Positions 53,829 through 64,000 of a stretch of 64,000 bases of DNA are shown piece after piece. The notes under the pieces were generated by a model, which saw nothing but the letters and a program-made list of their open reading frames with translations, did no database searches and was not told where the DNA came from. The DNA lies in NCBI RefSeq assembly GCF_009914755.1, contig NC_060947.1. One strand, 5' to 3'. The translations under genes were made by a program, and so were the position numbers. This stretch comes from the human T2T-CHM13v2.0 reference genome, Homo sapiens. Numbering within the stretch: position 1 is the stretch's first letter; each line of letters opens with the position of its first letter.

Positions 53829-55238
53829 CCTCGATCACTTTCTATCGGAAAATGTAACTAACAGAATTATAGCCATTGCTTAACGTGTTCTCCACTGAAA
53901 ACTAAATTACTTCATGTTAATACACATTTAGATTAAGACGTGATTGAAAAAATAGCTGTAAAAATCAACTAAACTATTCATAAATGCTAATTCCAGCTAA
54001 TACTACATAGATGTCTCTATTGCTCTTTTATAAAACATTTTTCGGACCTAAGATGGTGAATAGATATGAAAATGAACACTCATGATAATAACTAAGAGTA
54101 ATTATATACTTTACAAATACATAATTGAGAAAATAATAACAAAACTGATAGAGAAAAACTGTCAGTTTTACTTGTGGAGAAAAATTCAAATGATGCTTCA
54201 CCCAAGAAATACTTACGTAATCAACACCTAATGAGCTGCAAAATGCAGTACTCCTCTTAATTTCCAGCAGGTATTATAAGCTCATAAAATCAAGTTATTT
54301 TAAGCAAGGAAAAAAAAAAAACCCATAACCATTACAGAAAGGCAAACTCTGTGTTATTTTACCATAATAAGTTTTTCCCTTTCCTGACGTTCTAAATGCC
54401 TATAATTTTAGTCACCAAGACCTTACATGAAGTTTTACTGGCAGAACGCTAAAGTGCCTTACGATCTTTGCTATTTATAGGGCACAGACTTGCCTGATAC
54501 CTGATTCTCTGGCCTTCTTGTTTTTAAAGCCAATATCACCAATGCAAAGAAACAACATCCTGTTTAATCAGAACTGACAATTGACCTTTGATCGTGTGAA
54601 AAGCACAGCTGAAATAACTTACATGAAAATTGCCATTTTAAAGTGAAGAAGAAATGGATATACAATGCAGTATAAACCAAACTTATGATGTAATTTAGAA
54701 ATACATGGTTAGGATTAGTGGGCAGAAATGTCCACAAATTAATTTTTTTTAAAAGGGTTCCATCTACAATATATGTGACTGATTACAGGTGTCTTTGAGG
54801 TCTTTACTGAAAACTTAATGAGGGGAGATAATAATCTATTAATCTTTTTACATCCAGTACCTAGTCTAATTCCTGGCATATAAGGGAGTCTCCACAAATA
54901 TTAAATAAAATATGCTGTATCATTTGATAAATGTTTTTTGATAACTGTGTCAACCAGAATGAGATGGGTGTTTAAAATATCTTTCTTTTCATTCATTTCA
55001 TGGTTAAGGCAGCAAAGTGTAACACAGCATTGCTCAGACCTTAGTCATTCTTAGGACACCTACAGGCTACTTGCCATATCCCTTATGTCATCCATATTAT
55101 TGTTTACTTATCACTATTCTATAAATTGTGCCACATTTTCTACTTAAATTTTGTTTCATCTTAAGCCATAATATTTGTGAAATTAGAGGTGTTCTCTGCT
55201 AATTACATTTTACCATCCATGAAAATAAATGCATAAAA

Positions 55239-58200
55239 GGGGATATCTTTCCAGTTATTTGCATTTTCTTCCATTTCTTTCATCAGTGTTTTATAGTTCT
55301 CCATATACAGGACTTGCACCTCTTTGGTTAAATTTATACCTAAATATTTTTTGTTGCCGTTGGTATTGTAATTGAGATTTTTTTTTAATTTCCTTTGTGG
55401 ATGTTTCCTTATTAGTATATAGAAACTCTGCAGATTTTATATGTTATTTTTGTATTCTGCTAGTATGCTGAAGTTGTTTATCAGTTCAAACAGGTTTCTG
55501 GTAAAGTCTTTTGGGTTTTCTGTATGTAAGATCGTGTCATCAGCAAATACAGATAATTTCACTTCTTCCTTTCCTGTTAGGATGCCTTTTATTTCTTTCT
55601 CTTGCCTAATTACTCTGGCTAGGACTTTCAATACTATGTTAAAAAGAACTGATGAGAGTGAGCATCCTTGTCTTCTCCCTGACCTTAGATGAAAAGCTTT
55701 CAATTTGTCATTGTGTTCATGGGTTGGAAGACTTAATATTGTTAAAATGCTCATAGTACCCAAAGTGGTCTGCAGATTCAATGTAATCACTTAAATTTCC
55801 AATGGAATTTTTCAGATAGAGAAAAATACTTAAATTTAGATAGAGCCAAAGGAGAACCTAAATTGTCAAAATGATTATTGGGCCAAGAAAAAAAAAAAAA
55901 AAGAACAATGCGGGAGGCATCGCACTCCCTGCTTTCAAAATACAAAGCTATTATAATCAAAACAGTATTGTACTGGCATAAAAAGAGACACATAGACAAA
56001 TGGAATGGGATAAAAAGCCAAGAAGTAAGCCCATGCATTTATGGTCAGTTGATTTTTACAAAGGTGTTAAGATCACATAATGAGGAAAGGATATTTTCTT
56101 CAACAAATAATGTTGAAAAAACTCGTTACCTGCATGCAGAAGAATAAGATTAGATCCTTATCTCAGACCATATACAAAAATTAACTCAAAATGGACTAAA
56201 GACTTCAACATAAGACCTGAATTTCTAAAACTACTGTAGAAAACACAAGAGAAAACTCCCGAAACAGTTGTCTGAACGATGATTTTTGGATACAACCTCC
56301 AAAACACAGGTGACAAAAGCAAAAATAGACAAGTAGAATTTCATCAAAATAAAAAGCTTCTACATAGCAAAGAAAACAATCAGCAACATGAAGAGAGAGT
56401 CCACACTATGGTAGAAAATATCTGTAAACCATTCATCAGATAAGGAGTTAATATGTAAAATACACAAGGAACTAAGGCAGCTAAATATCAAGAAAACAAA
56501 TAACTTGATTTAAAAGTGAGCAAAGAACTCAAACAGAAAAATCTCAAAAGAAGACATACAAATGGACAGCAGGTACATGAAAAAATCCTCAGTATCACAA
56601 ATTATTAGAGAAATGCAAATTAAAACCACAATGTGATGTGGTCACACCTCATTTTATTGTACTTTGCTTTATTGCCATTTACAAAGAATTGCATTTTTTA
56701 CAAAATGAAGGTTTGTGTCAATCCTACATTGGACAAGTCTATTGGCACCATTTTTCCAATAGCCATGTGCTCACTTCATGTCTCTGTGTTACATTTTGGT
56801 AATTTTCACAATATTTCAAATTTTTCCTATTATTATATCTCCTTTGGTGATCTGATTTCAGTGATATTTGATATTGTGATTCAAATTGTTTAGGGGCACT
56901 GTGAAATGTGCTTATATAAGACAGAGAACTTAACCAATAAATATTGTGTGTGTTCTAACTGCTCCACCAACCAACCATTCCCTCATTTCTCTCTCCCTCA
57001 GGCCTCCCTAATTTCAATCATTTCAATATTGAAATTAGGCCAGTAAATAACTGCAAAGGCCTCTAAGTGTTCAAGTGACAGAAGGAGTTGCACGTCTCTA
57101 ACGTTCAATCAAAGTCTATAAATGATTAAGCTTAGGGAGGAAGGCACACTAAAAACAGAGACAAGTCAAAAGCTAGGCCTCTTGCACCAAACAGTGAACC
57201 AAGTTACGAAAGCAAAGGAAAACGTATTGAAGGAAATGAAAAGTGCTACTCCAGTGAACACACAAATGATAAAAAAAAAAATGAAACAGCCTTATTTTTG
57301 ATATGGAGAAAGTTTTAGTGGTCTGGTTAGAAGATAAAACCAACCACAACATTCACTTAAGTCAAAGCCTAATGCATAGCAAGGCCCTAATTCTCTCCAG
57401 TTCTATGAAAGCTGAGAGAGGTGAGGAGGCTGTGGAAGAAAAGTTGAAAGCTCATAGAGGTTGGTTCATTTCATACCATAAAAGTGCAAGGTGAAGAAGA
57501 AGGTGCTGACGTATAAGTTACCAGATCTAGCCATAGTCACGGATGAAGGGCGCTACACTAAACAACAAATTTTCAATACAGATGAAACAGTCTTTTATTG
57601 GAAGAAGATCCCATCTAGTACTTTGATAGCTAGAAAGGAGAAGTCAATGCCTGGCTTCAAAGCCTCAAATGACAGGTTAACTCTCTTGTTAGGGGCTAAT
57701 GCAGCTGGCACCTTTAAGCTGAAGCCAATACTCATTCTCATTTACCATTCTGAAAATCCTAGGGCCCTTAAGAATTACACTAAATCTACTCAGTCTGTGC
57801 TCTGTCAGTGGAACAACAAAGCCGGAATGACAGCACACATCTGTTTACAGCATGGTTGACTAAATATTTTAAGCCCACTGTTGGGACTTACTGCCAAGGA
57901 ATAAAAGATTCCTTAAAATATTCCTGCTCCTTCACAATGCACCTTGTTACCCAAGAGCTCTGATGGAGTGGTAGAAGGAAATGAATGTTGTTTTCTTGTC
58001 CACTAACAATATCAATACTGCAGTCTGTGGATCAAGGAGTAATTATGGCTTTCAAGTCTTATTATTTAAGAAATATATTTTGTAAGGCTATAGTTTCCAT
58101 AAGATAGTGATTCTTGTGATATATCTGGGCAAAGTAAATGGAAAATTTTCTAGAAAGAATTCACCATTCTAGATGCCATTTAAGAGCATTTGGGAGGTCA

Positions 58201-59270
58201 AAATGTCAACATTAATGAGAGTTTGGGAGAAATTGAGTCCAATTCTCATGGATGACCTTGAGGCATTTGAGACTACAGTGGAGGAAGTAACTGCAGATAT
58301 GGTGAAAATAGCAAGAGAACCAGAATCAGAAGTGGAGCCTAAAGATGTGACCAAATTGCTTCAATTTCATTATAAAACTTTAACAGATGAGGAGTTGCTT
58401 CCTATGGATGAGCAAAGAAACTGGTTTCTTGAGATAAAATCTATTCCTAGTGAAAATGCTATAAATGTTGAAATGACAACAAAGGATTTAGAATATTGCA
58501 TAAACGGTGGGTAAAATGCAATCAAACAGCATTGCACACGGCAGAGAAAATTTTCCTAAAAGGAAGAGTCTAATTGATACTGCAAACTTCATTGCTGTCT
58601 TATTTTAAGAAACTGTCATAGCCACCCCAACCTTCACCAACCACCACTATTATTAGTCAGCAGCCGTCAACATCAAGGCAAGACACTCCACGAGCAAAAA
58701 GATTACGACTGACTAAATGTACAGATGATAGTTTGCATTTTTAACAATAAAGTATTTTTCATTTAGGTTTGTACATTGTTTTTAGACATAATGCTATCGC
58801 ACAGATAATAGACTACAATATCATGTAAACATAATTTATATATATACCAGGAAACCAAAAAAATCATGTGACTCCCTTTATTGTAAAATTTATATTATTG
58901 TGGTGGTTTCAAACCAAACTCCCAGCATCTCTGATGTATGTCTATATCCTCTCATGCCTGTTAGAATGGCTTTTACCAGGAAGATGAAAAATAACAATTG
59001 TTGGGGAGGGAGCAGAGAAAAGGAGACTCTTGTGCATTGTTGGTGGGAATATAAATTCGTACAGCAATTATGAAAAACAATATAAAGTTTCCTCAAAAAC
59101 CTAAAATTAGAACTGCCACATGATCCACTAATCCCATTATTATTTTTTTTTAAAGAAAAGGAAATTAGTATATCACAGAGATATCTGCATCCCCTATGTT
59201 TATTGCAGCACTGTCCACAATAACAAAGATATGGAGTCAACCCAAGTGTTCATCAACAGATAAGAAAAAA
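55239..59270 (+). mobile_element. Old L1M ORF2 fragment with 5' inversion (55239-~55710 on the minus strand), interrupted by Tigger1
   Basis: Minus-strand RT peptides [15 protein letters not shown] and SVFADD. Plus-strand ORF2 runs from ~55712 and resumes at 58945. Confidence 0.85.
56639..58944 (+). mobile_element. Near full-length Tigger1 DNA transposon (~2.3 kb) with disrupted transposase
   Basis: Degenerate TIRs (tggtcacacctc...gatgtatgtcta) with TA at the right flank. Transposase fragments [38 protein letters not shown] and [14 protein letters not shown] are broken by stops and frameshifts. Confidence 0.93.
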
Positions 59271-60061
59271 TCTCTTCTCAACTTCTCCCAAAGTGGTCCT
59301 TTTCAGTGATTTCTTGATATATTGTCAACATTAGAATGAATTTCAGTGATAACTTTTAAGACCCCTCTCCCTGGGGAAATCGGGATGAGAGGGCATGTAG
59401 TATACAGGGCCAGTAACTCTGTTCCATTTTGTGCCCAAATTCAAGTTCCCGTCACACTTTCTCTTGCTGTTTTTGTAAATATCCATAAAAGAAAGACTAC
59501 GCAGAGATGAATAACATAGTGAACAAATAACTGTGTGGAAGTAATGATTGGAATTTACACCTCAGAAGATTAAATTAGCAAATAAGAAGACAATCTTGAG
59601 AAACTTTTCAGAACCCAGAGAAAACAGACATAAACAAAACTGAGAGGAGTAATATTAAATATGGGAGGTACAATAAATATGAGCAACAAATAAACGGCAG
59701 CTGGAAGAAGGTGAAAATGTATAAAACAGAAGCATTACTGAAGAAAAACTTAAGTAAAGGGGTTCTGACCTCAAGAAAAGCAGTAAGTCTAGAAATAAAG
59801 AGCATTCACTGAGTTCTATGAACAATTAATCAAAACAGATTCATATCAGGTATAACTATTAAATGTCACAAATCAAGAATTCTTGAATGGTCAAGCATCT
59901 ACATTTCACCCAAACCAAAAACAAACAAGTGAACCTAATAATAGTTATCCACAAAGAAACAAGATCAAATTACCCTTAATCTTCTCCAAAACTGAAGAAG
60001 ACGATAGATTATCGACCACAGAGCTGAGAGTGGGGAGAAGTATAAGCCAAGAATTTTAAAT

Positions 60062-60925
60062 TGTAAAGGAAAAATAAAATTTTAAGCCCCCAACTGTCTG
60101 AATGCACCCTCCCCTTGACCAAGGGCATTCTAAAGTTAACCTGAAAAACTAGTTCAGGCAATGATGGGATATGGGGATTGGACATGCTGCATTATACTCT
60201 CCTCCCTTTGGAATTCAGGCAGAGCTGACCAGCATGAACATTAAAACAGAAATCTTAAGACTGAAAAAACAGAGTTTTTGTAGTAATAAGGCACCAAATT
60301 CCAGCCTGCTCTAATATAGCTTCCCATGACAGATAGCAAGCCCTGAAAGAAATCAAAGTGTCTTACCCCAAAATATATTTCTTGACACATTTTGGGCCCT
60401 GGAAAGCTGTCTGTTGTGGGGAAAATCTACATTCTATAGAGAATCTCCTTCTTTTCTAGGTCTTTTCTCTGCTCCAGGGGACAATTGACTAAGACTCTGG
60501 CAGCTTTTAAGGTCTGATAAGAGCTATGAAGCTTGCTACCTGGAGGTTTCATCTGCATGTAAAACAATGGTCTCCACTACCCTTTATCTTAATATCTTAT
60601 CTTATTCTTTACTATTAATTCTAGGTCTTTGGATAATAACTCTTTCCACCACTTGCCTATCACAAAATCTTTGAATCCACCTATGACCTGGAATTCCCCA
60701 CTTTCAGTTGTCTTGCTTTCCTGGAACAAACCAATACGCATCTTACATGTATTGATTGATGTCTTATGACTTCCTAAAATGTATAAAACCAAGCTGTAGC
60801 CTGACCTCTTTGGGCACATGTTCTCAGGATTTTCTGGAGCTGTGTCACAGGCCATTGGTCATTCATATTTGGCTCAGAATAAATCTCTTCAAATATTTGA
60901 CAGAGTTTGACTCTTTTCATTAGCA
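60062..60925 (+). mobile_element. MER4-group (MER4D/E-like) ERV1 solo LTR
   Basis: tgtaaa...aaataaaatt start, gtataaaaccaagctg TATA, ggctcagaataaatctcttcaaatattt poly(A) region; 4-bp TSD AAAT. Confidence 0.88.
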
Positions 60926-62109
60926 AAATTAAACCACAGCACCAAATTTTCATTCATTTGTGAAAGAAATGGTATATACCTATATCTATATCTACCCTAA
61001 ACATGTATGGATCTAGGGTTTGTGCAGCTAGAAGCTTTTTACAATTTAAAAGATCCATTTAAGACAAAGAATACAGGATGGTGCCCAGCACCATGGAGGA
61101 AGTGAGGCTTCTACAGAGTTGATGTGGGTTCTCTATTCACAGCAGCTCCACCAAGTCAAAGGTTTCCCTTAAGATCACGCTGATGTTGGATCCTCGGCTG
61201 CCATAGAAAATACTCGGGGTGTTCTTGAAAGTACACTTTTCCAGTAGTCTTAAAGTTTGCACAGAATAATTTAAAGATCTTGCTGGAACAAGTGCAATTA
61301 ATACCAATGATAGAATAGGAATAAATACTGCACAGACTGCTGGAAATGTTTTTCTATAAATGTTCAAAACTACAAGTTATTCCTAGAGATCTTGTTGGAA
61401 TTTGTTATTATCTGCTACTTGGGATATATGATTACCTTTAAGAATACATATGGATATTTGTTGTAAAATTGAAATCAGGCATTTAACATACAAAGAAAAC
61501 ACCAAAAGTCAATGAAATAATACAAGGTGACTCTTCTGTCTCTTTTTGTTGTTCACACTCTTAATATGAAGAGGGAATGCTTATGAAGTAAGGGTATTAC
61601 CGCCACAGAAGATCATATAGTCTTTGATTGCTACCTCAAAACACAGACAGGTAGTTCATTTGGGGTAAATGGATTATCCAACTTTGTTTTTTAAAAGTAG
61701 GATGCTACTGATAGTTCTTTTTGAGAACATTTGGAAAATTAAAATTTACTGAATCTTACATATTTGTCTGAGTTAAAAATATAAAAGTATTATGGATTGT
61801 GGATGATGGCAGTTTGCTCAATAGCATCTGACTAGCACAGTCATAGTTTGATTCTTAAATATATGGCTTATGATAAAGGCAATAGACATATCAATGAATA
61901 AACTATGTTAACTTTTTATCATTTTGTTTTTTAAGCTCTCAAACCTCCTGTGTTATATAAATTTCAGTTTAATATCAAAGAACCAAAAACTGTATTTTAA
62001 AATCTAACCCTCATGTGTATAAATTGATGTCCCATACCAAATTTTAATGATTATCTTGCAAAATTCAGTACTCATAATGGTGAGAATTGACAATACAGTA
62101 GAAGATTCC

Positions 62110-62513
62110 TGTGTTAGTCCATTCTTGCATCGCTATGGAGGAATACCTTGGACTGGGTAATTTATAAAGAAAAGAGATTTAATTGGCTCATAGTTCTGCA
62201 GACTGTAAAACCATGGCATCAGCATCGGCTTGGCTTCTGGGGAGGCCTTAGGGAGCCTTTACTCATGTTGGAAGGTGAAGCGGGAGCAGGCACGTCACTT
62301 GGCAAGAGCAGGAGTGAGAGAGATAATGAGGAAGTGCCACATACTTTTAAACAACCAGATCCTGTAAGAACTCACTCACTATCATGACGACAGCACCAAG
62401 CCTTGAAGGATCCACCCCCGTGATGGAAACACCTTCCACCAGGCCCCACCTCCAACACTGGGGATCACATTTCAGCATGAAATTTGCGTAGGACAAATAT
62501 CCAAAACATATCA
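62110..62513 (-). mobile_element. MSTA-like MaLR solo LTR inserted in the pseudogene 3' UTR
   Basis: tgtgttagtccattcttgcatcgctat...gggtaatttataaagaaaagag...ccaaaacatatca. Confidence 0.9.
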
Positions 62514-62691
62514 TATCCTTTGCTGAGTTATGCATTCCTTTATCAATCTCTTTTAATACAAATTTAAAAGCATGAATCTTCAAAAAACCATGTTTCTTTA
62601 AAATAAAATCTGATGTCCAAAGAACCTTGTTCCTTATCAAATTAAGCCGCAGTTAACCACAAATTTAGGAATACCCATTTCCTGAATTATT

Positions 62692-62727
62692 GGCTTAATT
62701 TGAATTTTCGGCTTAATTTGAATTTTC
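62692..62727. repeat. Perfect 18-bp tandem duplication
   Basis: ggcttaatttgaattttc x2. Confidence 0.95.
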
Positions 62728-63204
62728 CTCCCTTCTGTTTCTAACACAAAAATCTGCCTGTTGTGCTGTACAAATAAGTTTACAATGTCCTGTGCCATAA
62801 AGTGATTTATTTATTGTTTTTGTTGTTTGGTTTTGAAAATGATATTGTAATAAGTTCCTAAAAACATTTTATTAAACAACTAGACATTTTGCTATTAAAT
62901 AAATGTGATCTGTAATTTCTTTGTTCAGAATGATATGAAGTATTGTCTTTAGTTTAAACTCATTATTGGTGCATAATTAATATCTTACGAAAATTCATTT
63001 TGTTATACTATTTAAAAAATACAAATTTTGATATAAATATAAATATTTATTTAGGCTAAGGAAGCACAAGCTATTGCAAATTATGAAAGCTGACAATTAC
63101 TATAAACATGATGGCCTTTTCCACAAACATTTGTTGATAGTCTGTAAACAGATTATATTAATAATGATCATTAACGGAAGTCAAATATATTATTCATCTA
63201 TTGA

Positions 63205-64000
63205 TATTACTTGTCAAACCCAATGGTCACTTTATTATCTTCTACTTACTCAATAGTTCAGCAGCATTTGGCATAGTTGACTACTCCCTACTTAAAATAT
63301 TTTCTTCTATCTTCTTCTATGACATCACACTTCTGGTTTTTCTTTTACTTCGCTGGCTGATTTTTTCAGTCTCTTTTTCTGACTTCTACTCCTCTACTGA
63401 AATTGTAGAAAATTGAGTGTTCCAAGAATTTAATACTAGGCCACTTTTTGCTGTTTTGCTGTCCTTATTATACTCGTTTTCTAAGTGATTCCATTTCACT
63501 GCACGGGTTTGAATAACAAACAGTCCAAGGACCTCAAATTGTATCTCCAGCCTTGATGTCTCCACTGAGCTTCTGACTTATCAGGATATATCTAACTCCT
63601 ACACATTATCTCTGTTTGGTTGCTGAATAGGCATCTCCAATCTAGCACACAACAAATGGACCTTTTGATTTCTCTCTAAATAAATCTGTACCTCTCCTAG
63701 TCTTTTGGCGTCTCAGAAAATTGTATTACCATTCATCTAAATGCTCAAGCCAAAAGCCTGATAATAATCCTAGATTTATCTTTTTCCCTCAACACCCTGC
63801 ATTCAATCCATGAATAAATCTTCTCAACTTTGTTTCTAAAATAGCATCAGAATATGTCCATTTCCTCCTGTTTTTTCCACTACCACCCTGGTCTAAGTCA
63901 GCATCATATTCTGCCTAAACTTTTGTAATGCCTTCCTAACATCTTTCTACTCCCATTCCCCATAGTCTCACCTTCCCATAGAACATAGAATGATAATGTA
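63205..64000 (+). mobile_element. L2 (L2a-like) ORF2 remnant
   Basis: caaacccaatggtca...cagcagcatttggcatagttgac...tctccagcc...gctcaagccaaaagcctg. Confidence 0.85.

Larger units (their letters stand above)
61076..63013 (+). pseudogene. UFM1: Processed (retro)pseudogene of UFM1, with 5' UTR, decayed CDS 61153-61408 and long 3' UTR
   Basis: Intronless decayed CDS matches UFM1 (MSKVSFKITLTSDPRLP...[23 protein letters not shown]...IPRDRVGSC): tca aag gtt tcc ctt aag atc acg ctg; aca agt gca att aat acc aat gat aga ata gga ata aat; gca cag act gct gga aat gtt ttt cta; att cct aga gat ctt gtt gga. ATG>AAG at 61153, TAG at 61204, frameshifts. TSD-like aaagaataca/aaaaaataca. The symbol given is that of the parent gene. 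Confidence 0.95.

Noticed and set aside
61137-61367. 76-aa hydrophobic minus-strand ORF resembling a signal or membrane peptide
   Set aside because: It is the antisense frame of the UFM1 pseudogene; no independent support.

Overview
Primate, almost certainly human, non-coding DNA (intergenic or deep intronic). It is dominated by transposable elements: about 10 Alus, many MIR and L2 relics, several L1s, MaLR/ERV LTRs and Tigger DNA transposons. I find no intact protein-coding gene; the ORF track consists of repeat-derived or chance ORFs. Firmly recognisable items are a processed UFM1 pseudogene (~61.1-63.0 kb), a 960-bp HERV-K(HML-2) LTR5_Hs-type solo LTR with 6-bp TSD, a HERV-H LTR7 solo LTR with 5-bp TSD, a MER61 LTR plus internal remnant, a long L1MA-type element hosting a THE1 provirus, and a twin-primed L1 hosting a near full-length Tigger1. 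The most unusual local structures are a young ~107-bp fold-back inverted duplication around a (TA)n tract, a hypothetical LTR7-initiated spliced non-coding transcript (poly(A) signal lost, strong donor and acceptor downstream), a closely spaced inverted Alu pair, two isolated hairpins and a templated L1 junction. I cannot support a claim of a new biological system. Repeat subfamily names come from recalled consensus sequences, and boundaries without TSDs are approximate.
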